Positions 17,699 through 25,968 of a stretch of 26,667 nt of DNA are shown in pieces. The notes below the pieces were generated by a model. That model made no database searches. It was not told where the DNA came from and saw nothing but the letters and a program-made list of their open reading frames with translations. The DNA comes from a virus (taxonomy: Duplodnaviria; Caudoviricetes). The translations under genes were made by a program, and so were the position numbers. Each line of letters opens with the position of its first letter. Within the stretch, counting starts at the first letter, position 1. The stretch spans positions 1 to 26,667 of IMG/VR virus record IMGVR_UViG_3300008119_000142, one strand, 5' to 3'.

Positions 17699-18544
17699 CC
17701 AAGAAACATTTGAACCAGAAATTATTGATAGTGATTTTCACCGCTTGATGCGCCAGTAAAGCAAAGGAGTTATACTTCGCACAAGATTGATTCTACGCAA
17801 CCAATGCCCGAATTGGAAGTTCCAACTTTTGAAACACCAATGTACACTGCTTTTGACGAACCCGAAGCAGAAGAAAAAGAAGAAAGACGACCATTCAACG
17901 AAGCGTATAGCGAATTAGATGGTAAGGAAAAGGCTATGGGTGCTGAAATGATGGCTGAAATGACTTTGGACTTATACGAAAAAGGTTGTGGATTCTTAGG
18001 TAAGTTACCCGAAATTAGCGAAGCTAAATTAGATAGGCGTATTGGTATGACTGACGAGCAATTGTTGGCTTACTATTTTGTTACCGACTTAGGTACAAAA
18101 GGGGTGCAAGCGTTCATGTTAAAGAAAACCGCTGACAATATTCTAAATAGCTTAAAAGAAAACACAATTGCTTTAAAAGAAAGTAGAGCGCCAAAACCAA
18201 GAGCAGAGCAACCAGCAAGACCGCAAGCTTCAAGCGTAGAATATACCGAAGATATAAGTGAGGTTGTTTCAGAAAGACCAAAAGCAAGCAAGCCAAAAAC
18301 AAACTTAGACGAACAAATTGAGTTTTTTGCCGAGCCAGAAGAAGTTGGTGTTTTTTCAAACTTGAAAGATAATGGTGGATTTAAAGAAGCGTTCCAAGAA
18401 CCCGATGGTATGCCCGAATTTGGTAACGCTGATATTTTAGCTGAATTAGAAAGATTGAGTGGCGAGCCAGAAAAGCCAGTTCGTAAAACAAGAGTTTCTA
18501 AAGCGCCAGTGAAAAAACCAAGAACACCAAGAAGTAAAAAATAA
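17691..18544 (+). CDS. Acidic protein with basic tail, coupled to the packaging ATPase; apparent 1-nt frameshift at ~17737
   Basis: ATG 17691 gives MSNQETFEPEIIDSDF; one extra T in the TTTT run joins it in frame (SPLDAPVKQRSY...) to ORF 17804-18544. Confidence 0.7.
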
Positions 18545-19362
18545 TGGAGTTAAGAGAACCAAAATTAGGAGTAGCCGTTGGTAGAAAAGGTTGCGGTAAA
18601 ACCTATACTACTAACTTGATGATTAAGCAATATGTTATGGGGAATCCAGCAAAAGGAGTTCCCCCTCGTAGAGCGTTGATTCTTGATGTCAATGATGAAT
18701 TTGAAGATATTAAGGCATTAAGATTGTCTGATGTTATGCGTTTTTCTGCACACCCACACATTGAAGCAAGAAGGATTAGACCATTCCATGATAGTGGAGT
18801 GCGTATGACTATTAGCGAAATTCAAGATACATTATTTAAAATTCTAAACGATTATAGAGGTGGATTATTACTTATCGAGGACATCAATAGATACATTTCA
18901 GACTACCTCCCAAACGACTTGGTTGGTGCAATATGTACAAACCGACACACTGATACGGACATCATATTACATTTTCAGTCAGTAGGTCGAGTTTCACCAA
19001 AGATTTGGCAAAACTTAAATTGGATTAGGTTTCACAAGAACACCGATTCAGTAGACAAACATCGTGGTAAGTTTGAGGACAAATACGAAATGCTAAAGCT
19101 GGTAGAGAATTATGTAAACCAAGAATACCATAGCGGTAACCAACGATACTTTTGGTACGTTGACATTGACGACGAAAAAATTAAAGGTGTAGATAGGAAA
19201 AAGTTCAGTGGAATTATAGAGCAATACCTATCTGAAAATTACCGAAAATTAATTTCGCCAATGCTACAACAAAAGGATTTAGGTGGTGGGCAAAAGAAGC
19301 ACACACCGCAACAAGCAGTTCAAATTCAAAAAGATAGGATTTTAAAATATTATTTAGGGTAA
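18544..19362 (+). CDS. Genome-packaging ATPase, FtsK-HerA superfamily (A32/PRD1 P9-like)
   Basis: Walker A GRKGCGKT near the N-terminus, Walker B LLLIED, then NRH (Arg finger) and IILHFQ (conserved Gln); stand-alone 272 aa. Confidence 0.8.
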   Translation: MELREPKLGVAVGRKGCGKTYTTNLMIKQYVMGNPAKGVPPRRALILDVNDEFEDIKALRLSDVMRFSAHPHIEARRIRPFHDSGVRMTISEIQDTLFKILNDYRGGLLLIEDINRYISDYLPNDLVGAICTNRHTDTDIILHFQSVGRVSPKIWQNLNWIRFHKNTDSVDKHRGKFEDKYEMLKLVENYVNQEYHSGNQRYFWYVDIDDEKIKGVDRKKFSGIIEQYLSENYRKLISPMLQQKDLGGGQKKHTPQQAVQIQKDRILKYYLG

Positions 19363-19625
19363 TGAAAAAAGAAGAAAGATGGTTTTTCACAAAGTTTTTT
19401 TGTGAAAAAAACGAGCCGAGTTCAAAACGGCTTGTAGGTATAGTGGGTTCATTTTGCTTATTTGCTTCGCTTATATTGGGTGGCTTTTCAGAAACATTCA
19501 AAATTCCAAGTGATGCTTTGGTAGATGCAATAGCTTTACTATCTTTTGGTTCATTAGGAATTACTGGTGCAGAACGTATTTTCAGTAAAAAAACAAATAA
19601 AGACGAACAAGAAAAAATAGATTAG
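19362..19625 (+). CDS. Putative holin (2 TM)
   Basis: SSKR followed by two hydrophobic helices and a charged tail; directly upstream of the endolysin. Confidence 0.65.
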   Translation: MKKEERWFFTKFFCEKNEPSSKRLVGIVGSFCLFASLILGGFSETFKIPSDALVDAIALLSFGSLGITGAERIFSKKTNKDEQEKID

Positions 19626-19626
19626 T

Positions 19627-20094
19627 ATGAAACTATCAGAACACTTAGACTTAGCCGAAGTTATTAAAAGTGATACGGCAAAAAGAAGCGGTATATCAAA
19701 TATGCCAACACCAGAACATTTGGAAAACTTTAAAAAGTTAGCCGTAAACGTTTTTGAACCAATCAGAAAACACTTTGGAGTTCCTATTCACATAAGCAGT
19801 GGGTATAGAAGCAAGGCTCTTAATACTGCTATTAAGGGAAGCTTGTCCTCTCAACATTGTTCGGGTGAGGCGATTGATATTGACATGGATGGTAGCGCAC
19901 ATGGAGTTACTAATAAAATGGTGTTTGATTTTATCAAAAACAATTTGTCTTTTGACCAATTAATTTTTGAGTTCGGTACAAAAGATGCACCCGATTGGGT
20001 TCACGTTTCTTACGAATCAACTGGAAAACAACGCAAGCAAGTTCTTAGAGCCGTTAAAAAAGGTGGTGTAACTAAGTACGAACCTTATAAATAA
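19627..20094 (+). CDS. Peptidase M15A family endolysin
   Basis: SSGYRS, SQHCSGEAIDI and WVHVSY zinc-ligand motifs. Confidence 0.9.
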   Translation: MKLSEHLDLAEVIKSDTAKRSGISNMPTPEHLENFKKLAVNVFEPIRKHFGVPIHISSGYRSKALNTAIKGSLSSQHCSGEAIDIDMDGSAHGVTNKMVFDFIKNNLSFDQLIFEFGTKDAPDWVHVSYESTGKQRKQVLRAVKKGGVTKYEPYK

Positions 20095-20105
20095 ATTTTA
20101 AAACT

Positions 20106-20756
20106 ATGATGCCGACAATTAGCACAAGCAAGCTTGCAAACCTTATATTATGCGTGGTCTGCTTAGTCTTATTTGCAATGTTATTTAACAAATGTGAAAA
20201 TGAAGATTTGCAATTGGCTAATGTTGATGCTTTAAATTCTCAACTCACAACTTATAAGCTGAAAAACGGACAACTTGTTACTTCGGCTAAAACATTGTCT
20301 TACACAAATGCTCAACTTAAAAATTCTTTGTTGGGCAAAGACAAAACTTTGAAAGAGGTTATGGCTAAATTTGCCAAAGTGCAAAGCGTAACCAAATACG
20401 TTACCACTACTAAAATTGATACCATAGCTATTACCTACACCGATAGCATACCTTGTATCTTTAATAAGGATGGTGCTATATTCCATGATTGGTACTCGCT
20501 CGGATACAAGTCAAATCAAAAGGGTATTACCATTACCGAATTGTACATTCCCGATTCAGTAGCAATAGTTACTGGAACTAAAAGAAAATGGTTCTTGGGC
20601 AAACAAACCCAAACCATAGATATTACCCACACAAACCCATTTGTGGAAACCGAAGCCGTACAACACATCGAGGTTGTAGCTAAACCTAAGTGGTATGAAA
20701 CCACAATCTTTAAAGTAGGTTTAGGATTTCTTGGAGGCTTCCTATTAGCTAAATAG
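20106..20756 (+). CDS. Putative spanin-like protein
   Basis: N-terminal hydrophobic helix ending near Cys, coiled coil, beta-rich body, C-terminal hydrophobic segment; follows the endolysin. Confidence 0.5.
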   Translation: MMPTISTSKLANLILCVVCLVLFAMLFNKCENEDLQLANVDALNSQLTTYKLKNGQLVTSAKTLSYTNAQLKNSLLGKDKTLKEVMAKFAKVQSVTKYVTTTKIDTIAITYTDSIPCIFNKDGAIFHDWYSLGYKSNQKGITITELYIPDSVAIVTGTKRKWFLGKQTQTIDITHTNPFVETEAVQHIEVVAKPKWYETTIFKVGLGFLGGFLLAK

Positions 20757-20814
20757 CTAATTTCAATCAAGGCATTAAAAAATTATTTTGTTTTATTTCT
20801 TTACTAAACTTCTA

Positions 20815-20860
20815 TTGCAGTAGTTCAATATTCTAATTTTGGATTGTTATTATATCTGCA
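20815..20860 (+). promoter_or_regulatory. Candidate Bacteroidota-type promoter for the capsid operon
   Basis: TTG-N16-TAATTTTG (20834-20841) and near-match TATATCTGCA (20851-20860) in the largest intergenic gap. Confidence 0.45.
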
Positions 20861-20903
20861 TATAATAATTATAAAAAATAAGTTTAATTTAATTCATTCT
20901 GTA

Positions 20904-21026
20904 ATGCAAAAAGAAGTTGTATCTGTTTTGAAAAGTGTAGCCGTTGTAGTAGCTGGTGTGTTAGTTGCAAACTACATTGAAAGAAAAGCATTGTTCTCTA
21001 AGGTGTTAGCACCAAAAGGAGAATAA
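20904..21026 (+). CDS. 40-aa single-TM protein preceding the capsid candidate
   Basis: ATG 20904; MQKEVVSVLKSVAVVVAGVLVANYIERK... Confidence 0.75.
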   Translation: MQKEVVSVLKSVAVVVAGVLVANYIERKALFSKVLAPKGE

Positions 21027-21064
21027 TAAAAAAAGTAAAGTATAAATTTTAAAAATTAATAAAA

Positions 21065-21763
21065 ATGTCAAACGTAAAAAGATATTTGCAAAATGCACAA
21101 CGTAGTGCAATGGAAAATTTCGCCAATGCTGATGGATTCATCGATGATGATTTGTCATTCACTGGAGATGATTTCTTCAACGCAGTTGGTTCAACTGTAA
21201 TGGCTAACGTACAAACTTCACAACCATACATCGTTGATATTACATCAACTTCTGGTTCTGCCGTTTCTAACTTTGAAATTTTAGGTTCTTACCAATACCT
21301 AAACAACGCTGGTTTCCAAACCAATGGTGATTTAGTAATTGGTTCAATCACTATTTCTTCTGGTATCTCTGATATTAACTATCGTGAAATGTTGTACCAA
21401 TTCATGAATAATCCTTATTCAGTTGGTTTAACTTACATTCAATCTGTTACTGCTAACCAAGTGTTAGAAACATTATCGATTAACACTCGTGATGCAAATG
21501 GTAACTTGGCGCAAAAAACCTTAGTGCCTACAATTGACCCTTACCAGCAACAAACTACTATTATCGCTATGAAGTATGCTTATCGTATCGATGGTTTCAC
21601 AAAAATCATCATTCGTCAAGTTCTTGCTAACGCAAGCATCAAATTATACTTCTACCCAGCAGATAATATCAACCTTGCTCGTGCATTGGCTGGTCAATCA
21701 GTAAGCAGACAATTCGGAACTCCGCCAGTAACTAATGGTCAAACCATTAAAATTAAAGCGTAA
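21065..21763 (+). CDS. Candidate major capsid protein (single jelly-roll size) with acidic N-terminal extension
   Basis: Alternating beta-strand patterns, no TM, conspicuous C-ending codons (TTC/AAC/ATC/TAC) and CGT typical of high expression, strong terminator, near the ATPase. Fold is inferred. Confidence 0.6.
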   Translation: MSNVKRYLQNAQRSAMENFANADGFIDDDLSFTGDDFFNAVGSTVMANVQTSQPYIVDITSTSGSAVSNFEILGSYQYLNNAGFQTNGDLVIGSITISSGISDINYREMLYQFMNNPYSVGLTYIQSVTANQVLETLSINTRDANGNLAQKTLVPTIDPYQQQTTIIAMKYAYRIDGFTKIIIRQVLANASIKLYFYPADNINLARALAGQSVSRQFGTPPVTNGQTIKIKA

Positions 21764-21804
21764 TTATCATAAAATTGGTATAACCGAATTAATTGTATAA
21801 TTTT

Positions 21805-21844
21805 AAAAGGGCAAGTTTGAATTAATTCTACTTGTCCTTTTTTT
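21805..21844 (+). terminator. Rho-independent terminator
   Basis: AAAAGGGCAAGT...ACTTGTCCTTTT stem ending in a T7 run. Confidence 0.85.
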
Positions 21845-21860
21845 ACTTAAAACAAAAATT

Positions 21861-22256
21861 ATGTCAGATTTTAATGATATTGCAAGAAGGAATCCTAAAG
21901 GTGCTGAAATGGTAATAACCAGCTTTGGTTATGAAATTGTAGACCGAAGGGATTTAGGCAGAAGCTTAAACGAATTAGTAGCCAGTGAAGGCGAAAATGC
22001 GTTACGCAAGGTGATGGAAATACACCCCGATAAAGACTTAATTTTAGAGTTGTTTTCCAAAGAGAAAAAAGAAGAAAAAGGTTGTTCATGTGGATATTGC
22101 AGAAATAGACAAATGGCTGATATGCAATACTTAAATGCAAGTGGCGCACAAGCCACACAAACTGCTTCTTCTAACACTTTAGCGCACCAAACAAATGCAA
22201 TTCTGGTTGTTTCGGCATTATTTATAGCAACTGCATTAATTATTAAAAATAAATAG
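21861..22256 (+). CDS. Tail-anchored membrane protein with CxCxxC and YLNASG
   Basis: C-terminal TM segment AILVVSALFIATALII followed by KNK. Confidence 0.8.
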   Translation: MSDFNDIARRNPKGAEMVITSFGYEIVDRRDLGRSLNELVASEGENALRKVMEIHPDKDLILELFSKEKKEEKGCSCGYCRNRQMADMQYLNASGAQATQTASSNTLAHQTNAILVVSALFIATALIIKNK

Positions 22257-22257
22257 T

Positions 22258-22806
22258 ATGAACGTACAAAAAGAATCAAAATTAGGCGCACACGCAGTTA
22301 TGTGGGCGGTTACTAATAAAAGACAAGAAGTTCAAGATTTACTTAAAAGAAATGGGTTTGTTCCTTTAACTGGAAGTTGGGATTCATTAAAGCCACAAGC
22401 TTTAGCAAGTTATGTTAAGAAGGCTCTTGAAACAAAAACATTTAAAGCTGATTTTCTTGCTTTGATGGCACAAAATCCACAATGGGCAACAAGTTATATG
22501 TCTATGCAAGGTGAGTTTTCTAACGCAAGTGGAAGTGTAGCTGATAGTTCTTTAAACTTAACTACTGCAATAGGTAGCGGTGATACACCTAAAAAATCTT
22601 GGTTTACTGCTGACAATATTCAAAATACTTTGAATACTGGTTTAAATGCTTTCTTGACTTTAGACAAAAACAAAACTGACAGAGAATTAGCGAAAGCTTC
22701 GGAAAACGTTGCAAAATTTAATGCGCAAACTGGAGGCACAACGGATGGAGTGCCATCTACAACAAAATCAAACACTGGCCGACTTTACCAAGTTGGTAGA
22801 AGCTAA
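22258..22806 (+). CDS. Putative virion protein with FSNASG; C-terminus possibly corrupted
   Basis: Helical N-domain, low-complexity linker, amphipathic helix; ends KSNTGRLYQVGRS where a TM might be expected. Confidence 0.7.
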   Translation: MNVQKESKLGAHAVMWAVTNKRQEVQDLLKRNGFVPLTGSWDSLKPQALASYVKKALETKTFKADFLALMAQNPQWATSYMSMQGEFSNASGSVADSSLNLTTAIGSGDTPKKSWFTADNIQNTLNTGLNAFLTLDKNKTDRELAKASENVAKFNAQTGGTTDGVPSTTKSNTGRLYQVGRS

Positions 22807-22832
22807 TGTAGAATTTATATAAAAAAAGTATT

Positions 22833-23276
22833 ATGAGTAGTTATTCTTTTAATTCTGGCACTTCATTTAACCCTTCTACTGGAGTAGGATATACTTTTGG
22901 TTCGGGTAGTACAAGCGGTACAACCGCAAGCACTCCAAGTGGCTCTCGTGTTGGAAATTTTTTCAATAGTCCTTCGGGTCAAAACATCATATCGCAAGGA
23001 GTTGGCGCATTATTTAATTTTGCTGGAACTGCTTTTGCAAGCAACCAAGCAAGACAAGACTTAAAAGGTCAAGCTAATATTGTCGCACAACAAGGTCAAA
23101 ATCAACTATCCGTTGCGCAAGAACAAACTAAGCAAGCACAACTTGCGTTAGAAACTGCAAGATTACAAGGCGCTGGTGGTGGTGGTAGTACCGCTTTATA
23201 CATAGGTCTTGGAGTAGTTGGTGTTGTAGTCTTAGGAGTAGTAATATTTGCAGTAACAAGAAGAAGTAATGTATAA
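22833..23276 (+). CDS. G/S/Q-rich tail-anchored protein (DNA-delivery/pilot-like)
   Basis: Gly/Ala amphipathic helix, Q-rich coiled coil, TM segment LYIGLGVVGVVVLGVVIFAV. Confidence 0.75.
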   Translation: MSSYSFNSGTSFNPSTGVGYTFGSGSTSGTTASTPSGSRVGNFFNSPSGQNIISQGVGALFNFAGTAFASNQARQDLKGQANIVAQQGQNQLSVAQEQTKQAQLALETARLQGAGGGGSTALYIGLGVVGVVVLGVVIFAVTRRSNV

Positions 23277-23500
23277 TGGAAGATGCTAAAGATTACATGA
23301 CAGAAGTGAAAGATATTGTTAACAAAGACAAACGAGAATTGTTAATGATGACTTCAAAAGCCTCCGTAAATGGTGCGGTAACTGGTCTTGTTTTAGGTCT
23401 TATGGTAGGTTACTACAAAAACAAAAACATATACGTTACTGGATTAGTAGGCGCAATTATTGGTGGGGTTTCCACCGCAATTTTAGTAAATAAAAAATAA
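23276..23500 (+). CDS. Two-TM glycine-zipper protein
   Basis: GAVTGLVLGLMVG and GLVGAIIGG. Confidence 0.8.
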   Translation: MEDAKDYMTEVKDIVNKDKRELLMMTSKASVNGAVTGLVLGLMVGYYKNKNIYVTGLVGAIIGGVSTAILVNKK

Positions 23501-23504
23501 AAAA

Positions 23505-23678
23505 ATGGAAAAATTAATGTCCAAAAAAGTATTAGTAGGCGCTGGTTTAGTATTGGTAGCCTATTTGGTTTATAAGGCTTATGTTAAAAAACAAGCTGAT
23601 AAAGTATTAGCTGATGCCGAAGCGGTTAAAAAAGCCGAAGAATTAAAAGTTCAACAATCTGCAAAACCAGCACGCTAA
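23505..23678 (+). CDS. 57-aa single-TM protein (not in track)
   Basis: MEKLMSKKVLVGAGLVLVAYLVYKAY... Confidence 0.75.
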   Translation: MEKLMSKKVLVGAGLVLVAYLVYKAYVKKQADKVLADAEAVKKAEELKVQQSAKPAR

Positions 23679-23679
23679 T

Positions 23680-23802
23680 ATGCAAGCTAACGACAAAAAC
23701 GTATTAATAGCACTATCAATATTGATAGGTCTATTTATGCTTAATAAGTCAAGGATTCAGATTAAAAGAAATAAATTGAAAGCTTCTGCTTATGCGGAAT
23801 AA
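23680..23802 (+). CDS. 40-aa single-TM protein (not in track)
   Basis: MQANDKNVLIALSILIGLFMLNKSR... Confidence 0.65.
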   Translation: MQANDKNVLIALSILIGLFMLNKSRIQIKRNKLKASAYAE

Positions 23803-23826
23803 TAATTAACTTAAAATTTTAAAATC

Positions 23827-23937
23827 ATGAAAAACAAAGGATTTTTAGCTGGTGCATTAGGACTTGCACTATCTTTAGCAGTAATTTACGGAATGGTATG
23901 GGTTGCTGGCAAAGGATGGAAGAAAAGCCAACAATAA
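23827..23937 (+). CDS. 36-aa single-TM protein (not in track)
   Basis: MKNKGFLAGALGLALSLAVIYGMVWVAGKGWKKSQQ. Confidence 0.75.
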   Translation: MKNKGFLAGALGLALSLAVIYGMVWVAGKGWKKSQQ

Positions 23938-23965
23938 TTAGTTATTTTTACTAAAAAATAATACC

Positions 23966-24100
23966 ATGAATGACAAAACAATAGGTAACGCTTTAATTGC
24001 AGTAGGTATAGGTGGATTAATCTATCTATACTTTGGTGTTTATAAGCCAAAGATGCAAGGTATAAAAGATGCCGAACAACAATTCAAATCCAAGAAATAA
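23966..24100 (+). CDS. 44-aa single-TM protein (not in track)
   Basis: MNDKTIGNALIAVGIGGLIYLYFGVYKPK... Confidence 0.7.
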   Translation: MNDKTIGNALIAVGIGGLIYLYFGVYKPKMQGIKDAEQQFKSKK

Positions 24101-24107
24101 CAACAAA

Positions 24108-24425
24108 ATGGAAGTAGTAAGAACCGACAAAAGCGCAAACCAATTATGGAAAGAAAGTGGAACTTCTTTAAGTTTTGCTGAATGGTTGCAAAGAGAAAAA
24201 GACAAAGGTAATTTTATACCAAACAAAAGTGTCGTTTTAGATACGGAACAATTCGTATCTGATTCAACCGCAACTATTCGGAATGTTTTAAAGTTAGATA
24301 CACCAGAAGCAGTTGTTGCAAAAGATGCAAACACTGTTTTTGGCTTAAACAAATGGCTTTTGTTAATGAGTTTAGCAATTATTGGAGGTGCGGTAGCTTA
24401 TAACGTTTACAAAAAAAGGAGGTAG
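24108..24425 (+). CDS. Tail-anchored membrane protein
   Basis: ATG 24108 preferred over 24069; SANQLWKESG..LSFAEWLQREK domain and C-terminal TM followed by KKRR. Confidence 0.8.
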   Translation: MEVVRTDKSANQLWKESGTSLSFAEWLQREKDKGNFIPNKSVVLDTEQFVSDSTATIRNVLKLDTPEAVVAKDANTVFGLNKWLLLMSLAIIGGAVAYNVYKKRR

Positions 24426-24427
24426 TT

Positions 24428-25213
24428 ATGAATATCCGTATGCAGACAAGGTACGATGAAATGTGCTTGGTTATTAAGGTAGCCGTTACAATGCCGACAG
24501 TCGTAAGGTTAAAAATCTATGACGAAGAAAAACCCAAAACCGTTTTTACCGATAGGTACAAAACAGTTGATGGGGAATTTACATTTTATGTTCGTATGCC
24601 TTTAACTTCAAAATCGATTGTAATTGCAATTTATGATGATAAGAAAGGTAATTTGCCTAAAGAAAAAGAAACAAACATAAAGGTTGTTTCAATCGACAAA
24701 ACACCGCTTGAAAAAAGATTGGATGTAGTTGATATTGGAAACAACAATGTTGCCAATTTTGTGAATTTTGCGCAAAGATTTTGCTTTAATTCAAATTATT
24801 TAGCGGTAAATCAATCGTATCAATCTGATAGTGGAAATTTAGTAATTGAGTATCTACCTACGATTGTAAACCAAAACGGAAAGGAATTGACTACACCAGC
24901 AAGGATTTCTAAAACCACTGGTAGGATTCAAGTTTCTAAAAAGCAATTTGACACATACACTGTGCCTATGAAATTTGCTATTCTTTGCCATGAATTTAGC
25001 CACTTTTATGTGAATGATGATATGAACAATGAAAGCGAAGCTGATTTGAACGGATTGCTAATATACTTGGGTCTTGGTTACCCAAGAATTGAAGGTTATC
25101 AAGCGTTCTTGGAGGTCTTTAAAGATTCACCAAGCAACGGAAACAAAAAAAGATACGATAGAATAGATAAGTTTATTAAGAACTTTGAGAAAAATAAAAT
25201 GGTAATGCAGTAA
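24428..25213 (+). CDS. Zinc metallopeptidase-like protein (HExxH..E), candidate maturation protease
   Basis: FAILCHEFSHF followed by NESEAD, a gluzincin-like arrangement; beta-rich N-domain. Confidence 0.7.
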   Translation: MNIRMQTRYDEMCLVIKVAVTMPTVVRLKIYDEEKPKTVFTDRYKTVDGEFTFYVRMPLTSKSIVIAIYDDKKGNLPKEKETNIKVVSIDKTPLEKRLDVVDIGNNNVANFVNFAQRFCFNSNYLAVNQSYQSDSGNLVIEYLPTIVNQNGKELTTPARISKTTGRIQVSKKQFDTYTVPMKFAILCHEFSHFYVNDDMNNESEADLNGLLIYLGLGYPRIEGYQAFLEVFKDSPSNGNKKRYDRIDKFIKNFEKNKMVMQ

Positions 25214-25509
25214 TGGTAAAATTAGATTCAACTCCGAAAAAATTAGTAGTAGCTGGTGCGCTTGTAGTAATAGGCGCAATTCTTATTGGTAAATGGTTAA
25301 AAAGTTTACCCAAGCCAGTTAATCCAGATTTGCCAGCAGAAGCAAATAACGATTTAAAGCTATCTAAGGGTATGCGAGGCTTAGAAGTAGGCTTGTTGCA
25401 AAAGAAATTAGGTGGATTGGTTGTAGATGGCATATTCGGTCAAAAAACCGAAGATAAGCTTGTGCAAGTAAAAGGAGTAAAAGAAATAACACTAAAAGAG
25501 TTAGCATAA
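25213..25509 (+). CDS. Membrane-anchored peptidoglycan-binding (PG_binding_1-like) protein
   Basis: N-terminal TM, then LSKGMRGLEVGLLQKKL...VDGIFGQKTE. Confidence 0.8.
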   Translation: MVKLDSTPKKLVVAGALVVIGAILIGKWLKSLPKPVNPDLPAEANNDLKLSKGMRGLEVGLLQKKLGGLVVDGIFGQKTEDKLVQVKGVKEITLKELA

Positions 25510-25964
25510 TGATTATTAGAGGAAGTTTAATATATGGTGGTTTAGCAATTGGTGCAGTAGGATTGTACTTATTAGCTAAAAACAAAAACAAAGAGGGTGG
25601 CTTATTGGAAAGCTTAGGATTTGATACTAAGGGCAATACAACCGAAGCACCAAAAAATGAAGTGCCAAAATTAGCAACACCACCTTTGGCTACAAACCCA
25701 ATTGCTGATGTAATTGTACAAGGTACTGATAGCTTGAATTTAGCAAGTGCGACATTATTATTAGGTCAAAGAAGTACCGCTTTAGCGCAATCACAAGAAC
25801 CAGCGCCAGATGCAAAAAGCGCTTTGTTAGGCAATTTAAGTTTTGCCAGAATACAATGGGCAATTCGTGTTGATGGGGCAAAAGCAAAAATCGGACAAAT
25901 AGATTCGCAATTAAGAAATTTGGGTTACAAAGTAGACGAAAGTGGTAAATTAGTAAAATTATAA
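25509..25964 (+). CDS. N-anchored membrane protein, paralog 1
   Basis: TM segment; LNLASATLL...L.NLGYKVD..GKLV shared with the next gene. Confidence 0.8.
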   Translation: MIIRGSLIYGGLAIGAVGLYLLAKNKNKEGGLLESLGFDTKGNTTEAPKNEVPKLATPPLATNPIADVIVQGTDSLNLASATLLLGQRSTALAQSQEPAPDAKSALLGNLSFARIQWAIRVDGAKAKIGQIDSQLRNLGYKVDESGKLVKL

Positions 25965-25968
25965 AATT

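Noticed and set aside
18544-19362. Terminase large subunit or Zot/inovirus ATPase call
   Set aside because: No nuclease domain and no TM; too short for TerL; RH and Q motifs fit the A32/P9 type.
178-25887. Minus-strand ORFs in the track (e.g. 6797-7438, 12288-12746, 21929-22291)
   Set aside because: All are shadows of well-supported + strand genes and have no recognisable motifs.
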